Counted from the first letter of the stretch, positions 40,761 to 50,657 are shown. The stretch is 64,000 nt of DNA from an uncultured Thermoleophilaceae bacterium (GCA_963811205.1 CAWEQJ010000003.1:11223-75222), one strand, 5' to 3'. Numbers and translations: made by a program. Notes: generated by a model not told the origin, from the sequence alone.

Positions 40761-42470
40761 TCAGCGGCTCGTGAGCGCCGGCTCCTGCGGGCGCCCGCGC
40801 GGGACCAGCCCGTCGGCCTCGAACATGCGGTGCAGGAGCTGGATCGCCACCGAGCCCTCGCCGACCGAGGACGCCACGCGCTTGACCGAGCCGTGGCGGA
40901 CGTCGCCCGCCGCGAACACTCCCGGCATGCTCGTCTCGAGCAGGAAGGGGTCACGCTCGAGCGGCCAGCCGTTGTCGGCGCCGAGGTCGGCTCCGGTGAG
41001 GATGAACCCGCGCTCGTCCCTCTCGATCTCGGCGGGCAGCCACTCGGTGTGCGGGTTGGCTCCGATCATGAGGAAGAGCCCGCTCGCGTCGACCGTCTCC
41101 TCGCTCCCGTCCGCGCGATCGCGAAGCACGAGCTGCTCGAGCCAGCCATCGCCGCCACCGCCGACGATCTCCGTCCCGAGCCGGACCCGCAGCCCGGGCG
41201 TCGCCTCCACCTGCTGGACGAGGTAGTGCGACATGCCCGCGTGGAGGGAGCAGGACCGGACCACGAGCGTGACGCTCCGCGCGTAGCGCGCCAGGTGGAG
41301 CGCGGCCTGTCCGGCCGAGTTCGCGCCGCCGAGCACGTAGACATCCTGGCCGGCCATGGCGGGTGCCTCTGACGCGGCACTTCCGTAGAAGACGCCGGCG
41401 CCGTTCAGCGCCTCCAGCGACTCGACCCCGAGCCGGCGATAGCTCGCCCCGGTGGCCAGCAGCACCGCGCGCGTGCGCACGTGCCCGCTGTCCGAGAGGC
41501 TCAGGTAGAGCCCGTCGCGCTCACGCCGGACCTCCGTGACCCTCTGCATGAACGCGAAGTTCGCCCCGAACACCCACGCCTGCTCGTATGCCTGCTGGGC
41601 CAGACGGCGACCGCTGACGCCGCGAGGGAAGCCGAGGTAGTTGCGGATCAGCGAGCTGGAGGTGGCCTGCCCGCCGAGCCCGCCCTCGTCGACCACCAGG
41701 GTGCTGAACCCCTCAGACGCGCCGTAAACGGCCGCCGAAAGGCCGGCCGGCCCGGCGCCGACGATCACGAGGTCGAAGTCCACTCGCTCGGGGTCGACCG
41801 ACGAGCCCGACGCCTTCGTCAGCTCCGCGTTGCTCGGGTCCGACAGGATGGTGCCGCCGGGGAAGACGACGAGCGGGAGCTTGGCGTCGTCGGGCGCCTC
41901 CGCCAGGAGCTCGCGTCCCTCGTCCGAGTCGGCCAGGCAGAACGAGTGCGCGATCGCGCAGCGGCCGAGCACGTCCCTCAGCTCGTAAGCCCTGCCGGAC
42001 CACGACTCACCGACCACGTGGATCGTGTTCGGCAGCTCGCGCCGGGCCTCGGCCCATTCGAGCAGCAGGCCCGAGATCGCGTGCAGGAACGGCTCGTCCG
42101 GCGACGCCGCCGGCCTGACCACGAAGTGGTCGATGCGGCCGTGGGCGATCGAGTCGAAGATCTCCTCGCCTGTCACGCGGTTGCCCCAGTGGCCCCACTC
42201 GATCAGCAGCCCGCGGCGCGCGTGCGGATGCAGGTGACGCGCCTGATCCAGCAGCTCGCTACCGGTCATTCCAGACAGACACTGGCCCGCGAGGACGAGC
42301 GCGACCTCCTCGCCGGCGGCCGCGAGCTCCTCCAGGCGGTCACGCGCCTCCGGCGTCGAGCGCATGCAGATCACGCGGTAGTGGCGTCCGAAACGGTCGC
42401 TCAGCTCTCGTTCGACGGCACGTATCCCGTCCGGATCCTCGTCGACGGCAAGCAGGACCGGGCCAGACAT
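40761..42470 (-). CDS. Fused receiver-like domain / thioredoxin-disulfide-reductase-like FAD oxidoreductase
   Basis: Intact 569 aa. The N-terminal CheY-like part is VLLAVDEDPDGIRAVEREL...VALVLAGQCLSGMTG. The C-terminal TrxR-like part has FDLVIVGAGPAGLSAAVYGASEG, VYVLGGANSAGQAALHLA and GVFAAGDVRHGSVKRVASSVGEGSVA. Confidence 0.8.
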   Translation of the reverse strand: MSGPVLLAVDEDPDGIRAVERELSDRFGRHYRVICMRSTPEARDRLEELAAAGEEVALVLAGQCLSGMTGSELLDQARHLHPHARRGLLIEWGHWGNRVTGEEIFDSIAHGRIDHFVVRPAASPDEPFLHAISGLLLEWAEARRELPNTIHVVGESWSGRAYELRDVLGRCAIAHSFCLADSDEGRELLAEAPDDAKLPLVVFPGGTILSDPSNAELTKASGSSVDPERVDFDLVIVGAGPAGLSAAVYGASEGFSTLVVDEGGLGGQATSSSLIRNYLGFPRGVSGRRLAQQAYEQAWVFGANFAFMQRVTEVRRERDGLYLSLSDSGHVRTRAVLLATGASYRRLGVESLEALNGAGVFYGSAASEAPAMAGQDVYVLGGANSAGQAALHLARYARSVTLVVRSCSLHAGMSHYLVQQVEATPGLRVRLGTEIVGGGGDGWLEQLVLRDRADGSEETVDASGLFLMIGANPHTEWLPAEIERDERGFILTGADLGADNGWPLERDPFLLETSMPGVFAAGDVRHGSVKRVASSVGEGSVAIQLLHRMFEADGLVPRGRPQEPALTSR

Positions 42471-42557
42471 GAGTCAACTCTAGTCAGGCGCCTGTAGCCG
42501 GGCGCGGAGCACCACGCTCCTCGAGTGACCGGCGGCCAAGCGGGCGAGGCTGCCCCC

Positions 42558-44786
42558 TCAGACGCCGACAGGCGCGCGCGGCTTGGGCTCGGCGGCGGGC
42601 TCGGGCGGCGCCATGGGCGCCTCGCGCTGGATCCTCGGCAGCCATTCGAGCCAGCGCGGCAGGTACCAGTTCCAGTCGCCCAGCAGCGTCATCGTGGCCG
42701 GGAGCAGCACCGCGCGCACGATCGTCGCGTCGAGAAGCACGGCGACGGCCAGCCCAACGCCCATCATCTTGAAGTCGATCATCCCGAGCGTCGCAAAGAT
42801 GGCGAACACGCCGACCATCACGATTGCCGCGCTCGTGACGACGCTGGCCGTGGCACGGATGCCGTACGAGACGGCGCGCTCGGTGGACATGCCGGCGTCG
42901 TACGCCTCCCGCACCCGGCTGAGGATGAGCACGTGGTAGTCCATCGACAGGCCGAAGAGGACAACGAACAGGAACAGCGGCAGCCAGGACGTCACGCCGC
43001 CGATCGAGCGGAAGCCGAGCAGCGACTCGAGGCGCCCGTCCTGGAACACGAGCACGAGCACTCCGTATGACGCGCCCACGGACAGCATGTTCAGGACGAT
43101 CGCCTTGAGCGGGATCACGATCGATCGGAACGTGAGCAAGAGCAGCACGAACGCCAGCCCGAGCACGAAGGCGAACACGATCGGGGCATGTGACTTCATC
43201 GAGTCGTTGAAGTCACGCGAGCCTGCGGTCAAGCCGGTCACGTGGGCCTCCGCCCCGTCCACGCGATCGATCGTGGAGGGGATCACCTCGCCACGCAGCC
43301 GGTCGAGGGCGCGGTTGGAGGCGTTGTCGGTGCCCTTGCCCGCCAGCGGGATTCGTACCTGGGCGGCTCGCTTCGACGCGCTGATGTCGACGGCTATTGG
43401 CTGCTGCATCTGACCGGTCGCGAGGGCGGCGCGTTTGAGCGCGTCGATGCCGGCCGTGACCTGCGGGGCGGTTACGTCCGGGGCGCTGACGGCGACGATC
43501 GCCGGCAGCGGCTGGCCGGGGAACGCCGCCTGGGCGCGGTCGTAGACCTTCATCACGGGCAGGTCGCGGGGGAGGCCCTGCACGCCTGAGTCCGCGGTGT
43601 GCAGGCGGAATGCCGGAATCGCGAGGAAGACGAGCAGCGCGGCGGCCAGGCCGCCCCACAACAGCGGCCGGCGCAGCACCCCACCGACGATGGTGGCCCA
43701 GAACCTCGACTCGCCGTCGCGGCTTGCCAGCCGCCGCAGGAAGGGGATGCGCCCGCGGTCGACGCGGTCGCCGAGCTTCGAGAGGATCGCCGGCAGCACC
43801 GTCAGCGAGCCGATCAGGGCGATTGCCACGACCAGCACGGTGCCCACGCCGAAGCCCTGGAAGGTGCGCGAGCCCATCAAGAACATGCCGGCCATCGCAG
43901 CCATGACGGTCAGGCCGGACACGAGCACCGCGCGGCCCGAGGTGGCCGCCGCAGTCTCGAGCGCGTCGGCGGGCGTGCGCCCGCGCCCCCGCTCCTCGCG
44001 ATCGCGGCGCAGGTAGAAGAGGGAGTAGTCGATGCCGACGGCCAGGCCGATCAGCAGGATCACCGAGTTGATCGACTCGTCAACGTGCATCACATGGCTG
44101 AAGAGGGCGGTCAGCCCGAGCGCCGCCATCACGGCAGTCAGGCCGAGCAACAGGGGGATGCCGGCGGCCACGATCGCGCCGAACGCAATTACGAGGATCA
44201 CGAGCGTCACCGGTATGGAGGTGAACTCGGCCCGCTTGAAGTCTGCGGCGATACGGTCGCTCACTGCCTTGTTGGCGCTGGCGTCGCCGACCTCGCCGAC
44301 CAGCAGATCCGGGTGTGCGCGCTGCACCGCCGCCGTGGCGGCGAGCGCGGGAGCGACGCGATCCGCCGCGGTATCCGGATCGCCGGTGATCTGGAACGTC
44401 ACGAGCGCCGAGCGGCCGTTTTTCGAAAGCTGGCCCGAATTGCCGGCGTCGAGTGGCGACTCGATCTGGTCGACCACCGGCACGCGCGAAAGACGGGCGG
44501 CGAGGTCGTTGGTCACAGCGCGTAGCTCGGCACGATTCAGGGTCCCATTGCGACTCTGGATGAGCACCTGCTCCGCCGCGCGCTCGGTCGGGAACTCCCG
44601 GGCCAGGATGCTCTCGGCCTTGTGTGAGTCGCCGATGCCGAATTCCTGGTCCTTCATGTTCACGACGCCTACCGCCTGTCCGATGGCGAACGCGATGAAT
44701 ACGAATGCGAACCAACCAAGGACAGCCGCCTTGCGGTGAGCCGCACTCCAACGAGCGGCTCGTGCGGTCAGATTGTTGGGCCTCAT
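42558..44786 (-). CDS. MMPL-family (RND superfamily) membrane transporter
   Basis: Intact 742 aa with two 6-TM bundles and periplasmic loops. The sequences (AIDYSLFYLRR-like GIDYSLFYLRRDREE; GLSMDYHVLILSRVREA) are typical of MMPL. Confidence 0.9.
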   Translation of the reverse strand: MRPNNLTARAARWSAAHRKAAVLGWFAFVFIAFAIGQAVGVVNMKDQEFGIGDSHKAESILAREFPTERAAEQVLIQSRNGTLNRAELRAVTNDLAARLSRVPVVDQIESPLDAGNSGQLSKNGRSALVTFQITGDPDTAADRVAPALAATAAVQRAHPDLLVGEVGDASANKAVSDRIAADFKRAEFTSIPVTLVILVIAFGAIVAAGIPLLLGLTAVMAALGLTALFSHVMHVDESINSVILLIGLAVGIDYSLFYLRRDREERGRGRTPADALETAAATSGRAVLVSGLTVMAAMAGMFLMGSRTFQGFGVGTVLVVAIALIGSLTVLPAILSKLGDRVDRGRIPFLRRLASRDGESRFWATIVGGVLRRPLLWGGLAAALLVFLAIPAFRLHTADSGVQGLPRDLPVMKVYDRAQAAFPGQPLPAIVAVSAPDVTAPQVTAGIDALKRAALATGQMQQPIAVDISASKRAAQVRIPLAGKGTDNASNRALDRLRGEVIPSTIDRVDGAEAHVTGLTAGSRDFNDSMKSHAPIVFAFVLGLAFVLLLLTFRSIVIPLKAIVLNMLSVGASYGVLVLVFQDGRLESLLGFRSIGGVTSWLPLFLFVVLFGLSMDYHVLILSRVREAYDAGMSTERAVSYGIRATASVVTSAAIVMVGVFAIFATLGMIDFKMMGVGLAVAVLLDATIVRAVLLPATMTLLGDWNWYLPRWLEWLPRIQREAPMAPPEPAAEPKPRAPVGV

Positions 44787-44893
44787 GTCCCTCGCGACCG
44801 TACGCCCGATGGAGGGGCCCGGCTTCGGTAGTCGCCCGCAGACGGATATCGGGTTAGTCGCCTATTAGGGCCGCGGGGGTCGTGGCGAAAGGC

Positions 44894-44917
44894 AAGGGCC
44901 GCCCGGAGGCGACCCTT
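44894..44917 (-). terminator. Candidate hairpin terminator downstream of nrdJ
   Basis: On the minus strand, AAGGGTCGCC-TCCG-GGCGGCCCTT (one mismatch) is followed by GCCTTTCGCC. It lies 56 nt after the nrdJ stop. Confidence 0.35.
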
Positions 44918-44972
44918 CCAACCTTGGTCACGATTCGAGCAGTCGTGGCCGCTACATGAGCACCGACAACTA

Positions 44973-47805
44973 CTAACCGCAGCCGGTGTTGTTGCCGCAG
45001 GAGGTGCACGTGTAGCACGAGCCCGTCCGCTGCATCATGCCGCCGCACTGCTCGCACGCCGGGCCGAGGTCGAGGCCGACCAGCTTCGCGGGGCGCACCG
45101 GCGGGTCGTCGGTCAGCGCCTCTGCCGCGGGCTTGGGCGGCGCCTCGGCGGTCGCGCCGCCTCCGCCGTTGCCACCGTTGCCGGAGTGGCCGTTGCCGCC
45201 GTTCGAGCCGTTGCCCTCGCCTGAGGGGGCGGGGCTGTCGCCGCGGAGCAGCGCCTCCTGGGCCGCCTTGCGTGCCCGCACCTCGGGGGTGAGGATGCCG
45301 AGCTCCTCCTGCACGTCGACGTCCAGGAAGCGCGAGGCGAGCCAGCGCATGATGTAGTCGGGCATCGACTTGGCGAAGGGGATCTCCGGGTTGGTGGTCA
45401 TCCCCTCCGGGTCGAAGCGCATGTAGGAGAACTTGCGCACGTAGGTCTCGAGCGGCACGCCGTACTGGAGGCCGATCGAGATCGCGGTGGCGAACGAGTT
45501 CATCATGCCGCGCAGCGTCGAGCCTTCCTTGCCGATGTCGGTGAGGAAGATCTCGCCGAGCGTGCCGTCCTCGTACATGCCGGCGGTGATGTAGCCCTCG
45601 TGGCCCTGGCCGATCCCGAACTTGTGCGTGATCGACTGGCGCTCACGCGGCATCCGGCGGCGCATCGCCTCGGGCTCGAGCGGAGCCTCGGCCGCGGCGT
45701 CGGCCTTCTTGTCCTTCTTGGCGTCGGTGCGCAGCGCCTGCGCGGTCTTCGAGCCGTCGCGGTAGATCGCGAGCGCCTTGACGCCCAGCTTCCATGCCTG
45801 CAGGTACGCGTCGGCGATGTCGCCGACGGTGCTCGACTCGGGCATGTTCACCGTCTTCGAGATCGCGCCCGAGATGAACGGCTGCACCGCGCCCATCATC
45901 TTGATGTGGCCCATGTGCGAGATCGCGCGCTGGCCGACGGCGACGTCGAACACCTCGAGGTGCTCGTCCTTCAGCTCCGGCGCGCCGATGATCGTGGCGT
46001 GCTCGTCGATGAACGCCTCGATCTGCTGGACCTGAGCGTCGCTGTAGCCGAGCGTGCGCAGCGCCAGCGGCACCGTGCGGTTGACGATCGTCATCTGGCC
46101 GCCGCCCACCAGCTCCTTGAACTTGACCAGTGAGAAGTCGGGCTCGATGCCGGTGGTGTCGCAGTCCATCAGGAACGAGATCGTGCCCGTGGGCGCCAGC
46201 ACCGTGGCCTGCGCGTTGCGGTAGCCGTGCACCTCGCCGAGCGTGACCGCCTCGTCCCAGGCGCGCCGCGCCGCCGACACCAGCTCCTCGTTCGAGAGCG
46301 AGTCGTCGATCGCATACGCCGCGTCGCGGTGCTTGCGCATCACGTGGTTGTGCGGATCGCGGTTCTCGTCGTAGCGCTCGTACGGGCCCATCGCCGAGGC
46401 CACCTCGGCCGACTTGCGGTACGCGCGGCCCGGTCATCAGCGCGGTGATCCCGGCGGCGGCAATGCGGCCACCGTCGGAGTCGTACGCCAGGCCGTTCGA
46501 CATCAGCAGCGCGCCGAGGTTGGCGTAGCCGAGTCCGAGCTGGCGGAAAGCACGCGCGTTGCGGCCGATCTCCTCGGTGGGGTAGCTCGACGGGCCGACG
46601 ACGATCTCCTGCGCGAGGATCATCACGTCGACCACGTGCGAGAAGGCGTCGACGTCGAACGTGCCGTCCGGGCGGCGGAACTTGAGCAGGTTGATCGACG
46701 CGAGGTTGCACGCCGAGTCGTCCACGTGCATGTACTCCGAGCACGGGTTGGACGCGTTGATCCGGCCCGAGTTCGGGCACGTGTGCCACTCGTTGATCGT
46801 GGTGTCGTACTGGACGCCCGGGTCGGCGCACTTCCACGCCGCCTCGGCGATCTGCCCGAGCAGCTCGCGCGCGTCATAGGTCTCGACGGGCTTGCCGGTC
46901 ACACGCGCGATCGTCTCCCAGCTCTCGCCGCGCTCGGCGCGCTCCATGAACTCGTCCGTGACCCGGACCGAGTTGTTGGCGTTCTGGTACTGGATCGAGG
47001 CGAAGTGCTCGCTGTCGAGCCGCATGTCGAAGCCGGCGTCGCGCAGCGCGGCCGCCTTCTCCTCCTCGCGCGCCTTGCACCAGATGAAGTCGACGATGTC
47101 CGGGTGGTCGATGTCGAGCACGACCATCTTGGCCGCGCGCCGCGTCTTGCCGCCCGACTTGATCGTGCCGGCCCACGCGTCGGCGCCGCGCATGAACGAA
47201 ACCGGGCCGCTGGCCAGCCCGCCCTTGGCGAGCGGCTCCATCGAGCCGCGGATGTTCGAGAGGTTGATCCCCGAGCCGGAGCCGCCGCGGAAGATCTTGC
47301 CCTCCTTGGTGTTCCAGTCGAGGATCGACTCGAGCTGGTCCTCGACCGACAGGATGAAGCAGGCGGAGCACTGCGGGCACTCCTCGAAGCCCACGTTGAA
47401 CCAGACCGGCGAGTTGAACGCCGCGATCTGGTTGACGAGGATGTGGGTGAGCTCGGCCTCGAAGGCGTCGGCGTCCTCATCGGTGGAGAAGTAGCCAAGC
47501 TCGCGGCCCCAGCCCGAGATCGTGCCGGCCACGCGGCCGACCATCTGCTTGACCGACGACTCGCGCTCCGGCGAGCCGATCTGCCCGCGGAAGTACTTCT
47601 GGGCGACGATGTTGGTCGCGTTCTGCGACCAGCTCTTCGGGAACTCGACCTGCTCCTGCTTGAACTTGCCGACCTCCGCGTCGCGGAGCTCCCAGTCGAT
47701 CGCGTCGAACGGATGGACACCGGGTTCGGTGTAGCGCCGTTCCACTCTGACGCCCTTCGTGGCGAAGGTGGTGGGGGTGTCGGGGGCGCTACGAGTGTCC
47801 GGCAT
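44973..47805 (-). pseudogene. nrdJ: Class II (adenosylcobalamin-dependent) ribonucleotide reductase, with one apparent frameshift near 46410-46430
   Basis: ORF 45643..47805 (NATNIVAQKYFRG, AAFNSPVWFNVG, CSACFILSVED, GGSGSGINLSNIRG, NPCSEYMHVDDSACNLASINL) continues in ORF 44973..46403 (TVLAPTGTISFLMDCDTTGIEPDF, ISKTVNMPES, LAIYRDGSK). A Gly/Asn-rich linker and a C-terminal Cys cluster, CEQCGGMMQRTGSCYTCTSCG, follow. Confidence 0.9.
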
Positions 47806-48376
47806 GTCCTCTCCTAACGGATTCGAGTTCTCCTTCCTGCCCTTGGGGCGAGCCCGAGGGGGAAGTTCCGATCCTCTCGCGAGGGTCGGACGGAAGGACC
47901 AGTGGAAGTTGGTCGTCGCCGAGCACCGGCTCGGACTTGAGGCGCTCGAGCTCGGACTCGAAATCCGAGAGGTCCTCGAAGCTCCGGTAGATGCACGCGA
48001 ACAGCAGCGCCGACACGCGGTCGAGCCGGACGAGGCCGCGCAGCACGCGCTCCCCGATCCACTCCGCGTCGACCTGCCCGCCGCGCCGCCGCGCCTCGCC
48101 GGCGATCCGGTCGGCGAGCTCCTCGAGGTCGCCCACCTCCACCGGCCGCTTGTTGGTGGCGCGCAGCATTCCGCGCATGAGCTTGTCGCGGTCGAACTGC
48201 TCGCGCTGCCCGTCCCGCTTGCGCACGACGATCATCGGGCCCTCGGCCCGCTCGTACGTCGTGTAGCGCTCGCCGCAGCGCGCGCACTCACGCCTGCGGC
48301 GGATGGAGTCGCCCGGATCGACCAGGCGGGAGTCCACTACACGCGTGGACTCGAAATGGCAGTAGGGACAGCGCAT
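47789..48376 (-). CDS. nrdR: Transcriptional repressor NrdR (zinc ribbon + ATP-cone) with a C-terminal extension overlapping the nrdJ start by 17 nt
   Basis: ATG 48376 starts MRCPYCHFESTRVVDSRLVDPGDSIRRRRECARCGERYTTYE, then the ATP-cone VVKRDGQREQFDRDKLMRGM. Confidence 0.9.
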   Translation of the reverse strand: MRCPYCHFESTRVVDSRLVDPGDSIRRRRECARCGERYTTYERAEGPMIVVRKRDGQREQFDRDKLMRGMLRATNKRPVEVGDLEELADRIAGEARRRGGQVDAEWIGERVLRGLVRLDRVSALLFACIYRSFEDLSDFESELERLKSEPVLGDDQLPLVLPSDPRERIGTSPSGSPQGQEGELESVRRGHAGHS

Positions 48377-48390
48377 TCGGCCCCTAATTC

Positions 48391-48438
48391 TACTAGCCCT
48401 AGTGCCTAATTCCTCCCTGGACCACAACATATTGTGGT
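48391..48438 (-). promoter_or_regulatory. Two tandem NrdR-box-like palindromes upstream of nrdR
   Basis: TACTAGCCCTAGTG (48391-48404, ACTAG/CTAGT arms) and ACCACAACATATTGTGGT (48421-48438, ACCACAA/TTGTGGT arms). Centres are about 32 bp apart, as expected for paired NrdR boxes. The patch is AT-rich. Confidence 0.6.
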
Positions 48439-48523
48439 GGAGAATGCGGGAAGAATGGCGACCGGGCGATCATTTCACGCCTGAGCCCCGATTCCGCGCG
48501 GCCGGACGGGCTCTTCGCCCTGT

Positions 48524-48907
48524 TTGCGGGATCATCCGCTCATGACAGGCGACTACGACATCCACACCGACGACAAGTTCGGCTCGCTGACCCTGATCGA
48601 CGTGGGCGCGGAGGCCGCCGCGCACGAGCCCTGGTTCAACCAGACGCTCACGACCGTCAACGACTCGGTGGTGCGGCTCGGCGTGATCGAGGGCGACTTC
48701 CACTGGCACAAGCACGAGACCGAGGACGAGTTCTTCCTCGTGCTCGAGGGCGAGCTGGTGATCGAGATCGAGAGCGCCGACACGGTCCGACTCAAGCCCA
48801 AGCAGGGCTACACGGTGCCGCGTGGCGTGATGCACAAGACGAGCGCGCCGGTGCGCACGTCGATCCTCATGGTCGAGCCAGCCGGCGTCGTGCCCACCGG
48901 CGACTGA
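48524..48907 (+). CDS. Cupin-domain protein
   Basis: GDFHWHKHETEDEFFLVLEGELVIE...VPRGVMHK is the cupin motif 1/2 pattern. An alternative ATG is at 48542. Confidence 0.7.
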   Translation: MRDHPLMTGDYDIHTDDKFGSLTLIDVGAEAAAHEPWFNQTLTTVNDSVVRLGVIEGDFHWHKHETEDEFFLVLEGELVIEIESADTVRLKPKQGYTVPRGVMHKTSAPVRTSILMVEPAGVVPTGD

Positions 48908-49483
48908 TCAGGCCCGCCAGATGAACATGTGGCCGAAGCGCTCGCCCTCGAGCCCGAGCTCGCGCACGGCCTCGGTCACGTCTGGGTAGGCCGGCTCGTC
49001 GTAATCGTGGAACACCACCACCGCCCCGGGCGCCAGGGCGCCGCGCCACGCGGCGAACTCGGCCAGCGTGGGCTCGCGGTCGTGCGAGCTGTCGATGAAG
49101 ACGAGCTCGGCGGGCGGGCCGGTCGCCGCCGGTCCGTTCTCCCCGGGCTCCTGAACGAACGTGATGCGCTCGCGCGCGGCCCCGGCGAGCGCGAGGTACT
49201 CGTCGCGGCCGTCCCAGACCAGCGGGTCGTAGCTCACAACCTGGCGCGCACGGTCGGTCAGCGCGAGCGCGACCGCCGTCCAGGCCGTGCCGGTGCCGAG
49301 CTCCACCACATTCCGCCGCCCGCGCGCCAGCTCGATCAGCCTGCCCAGCTCGTCCGCGCGGGTGACCGAGCGCAGCGTGAACTGATCGTCCCTCTGTCTG
49401 GCCAGGCGCCGCGCCCGCATCCGGAACCACGCCACCGACGGCGGCAGTGCGCGCCACTCGTCGAGTAGCGCGGGGAGCCTCAC
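48908..49483 (-). CDS. Class I SAM-dependent methyltransferase
   Basis: Motif I is VVELGTGTAWTAVAL, followed by LVFIDSSHD and VVVFHDYD. The GTG start overlaps the stop of the small upstream ORF. Confidence 0.7.
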   Translation of the reverse strand: MRLPALLDEWRALPPSVAWFRMRARRLARQRDDQFTLRSVTRADELGRLIELARGRRNVVELGTGTAWTAVALALTDRARQVVSYDPLVWDGRDEYLALAGAARERITFVQEPGENGPAATGPPAELVFIDSSHDREPTLAEFAAWRGALAPGAVVVFHDYDEPAYPDVTEAVRELGLEGERFGHMFIWRA

Positions 49484-49626
49484 TTGCCGAGCCGGAGCCA
49501 GTCCCAGAACTCGGCGGCTAGATCGGCGGCACGCTCGCGCCGCTCCGGGCCGCCGACGGCCAGGCCGAGCGCTCCCAAGACGACGATTCCAGCGAGAACG
49601 ATCAGCACCAGGACACCGGCCGACAT
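49480..49626 (-). CDS. 48-aa single-TM peptide, translationally coupled on both sides (not in the supplied ORF track, which has no ORF under 60 aa)
   Basis: Manual translation gives MSAGVLVLIVLAGIVVLGALGLAVGGPERRERAADLAAEFWDWLRLGK*. Its ATG overlaps the epimerase stop (ATGA) and its TGA overlaps the methyltransferase GTG (GTGA). Confidence 0.4.
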   Translation of the reverse strand: MSAGVLVLIVLAGIVVLGALGLAVGGPERRERAADLAAEFWDWLRLGK

Positions 49627-50558
49627 CAGCCCTGGATCGAGGCGAGCGTGCGCTCGAGCCCTTCCTCGAGCTGCACCTCCGGCTCCCAGCCGAGCTCCTC
49701 GCGGGCGCGGGCGGCGTCGAGCGCGATGTGCTGGATCTCGCCCTGGCGCTCGGGCGCGTGCTCGGCCTGGAAGTCGTCGCGGCCGCCGAGCTTGCCGAGC
49801 AGCTCGACGATGTCCATCACGGTGCTCTGCACGCCGAGCCCGATGTTGAAGGAGCCGCCGGCGTCCGAGTCGGCCGCTGCCAGGTTGGCGGAGACGACGT
49901 CGCCGACGTACACGTAGTCGCGCGTCTGCATGCCGTCGCCGAACACGGTGGGCTTGCCGCCGTCCGCGAGCTTGCCGCAGAAGATCGCGATCACGCCCGC
50001 CTCGCCGAGCGGGTCCTGGCGCGGGCCGTAGACGTTGCCGTAGCGCAGCGACACCGTGGAGAGGCCGTGCAGGCGACGGAATAGCCCGCAGTAGCCCTCC
50101 GCCGCGAGCTTCGACTGGCCGTAGCCGGCTTCCGGCTCCTCCGGATGGGTCTCGGGCGCGGGGATCACGCGGCCCTCGCCGTAGATCGCCCCGCCCGTCG
50201 AGCTGTTCACGAAGCGGCGCACGCCGTGCTCCTGCGCGGCGGCCAGCATGTTGATCGTGCCGATCACGTTGATGGTCGCGTCGTAGGCCGGGTCGGCCAC
50301 GGAGCGGCGCACGTCGATCTGGGCCCCGAGGTGGAAGATCACCTCCGGCTTCGCGCCCGCGACGATCTCGCGCGCGGCGTCGCCGTCGCGGAAGTCAGCC
50401 TCGGCGAAGGTCGCTCCGTTCGCGAGCGCGGACTCGAGGTTCTCCCGCTTGCCGGTGGAGAGGTTGTCGAGCACGGTTATCTCGTCGCCGCGTTCGAGCA
50501 ATGCGTCCACCACATTCGAGCCGATGAAACCGGCGCCGCCGGTGACTAGAGCTTTCAT
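49626..50558 (-). CDS. galE: NAD-dependent epimerase/dehydratase (UDP-glucose 4-epimerase-like)
   Basis: ATG 50558 starts MKALVTGGAGFIGSNVVDALLERGDEITVLDNLSTG. The catalytic YGQSK and the segment GNVYGPRQ are present. Confidence 0.8.
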   Translation of the reverse strand: MKALVTGGAGFIGSNVVDALLERGDEITVLDNLSTGKRENLESALANGATFAEADFRDGDAAREIVAGAKPEVIFHLGAQIDVRRSVADPAYDATINVIGTINMLAAAQEHGVRRFVNSSTGGAIYGEGRVIPAPETHPEEPEAGYGQSKLAAEGYCGLFRRLHGLSTVSLRYGNVYGPRQDPLGEAGVIAIFCGKLADGGKPTVFGDGMQTRDYVYVGDVVSANLAAADSDAGGSFNIGLGVQSTVMDIVELLGKLGGRDDFQAEHAPERQGEIQHIALDAARAREELGWEPEVQLEEGLERTLASIQG

Positions 50559-50580
50559 AGGGCGCGGATCGTAGCCATTA

Positions 50581-50657
50581 GTTCCAAGTTCTCGGTTCTC
50601 AGTTCTCAGTTGAGGGACGGAACTAAGAACTGAGAATTGAGAACTGACAACTTGAAC
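50581..50657. repeat. Low-GC imperfect palindrome built from 7-bp tandem repeats (GTTCTCA x4-5, then its complement GAACTGA x4) in a divergent promoter region
   Basis: GTTCCAA GTTCTCG GTTCTCA GTTCTCA GTTGAGG gac g GAACTAA GAACTGA GAATTGA GAACTGA CAACTTGAAC. Positions 50593-50611 pair with 50621-50639 (19 bp, 3 mismatches). About 45% GC. Confidence 0.55.

Noticed and set aside
44787-44972. A riboswitch (for example cobalamin) or other structured leader near nrdJ
   Set aside because: This gap is downstream of nrdJ, not upstream. nrdJ overlaps nrdR at its 5' end, so there is no leader. Only a terminator-like hairpin was seen.
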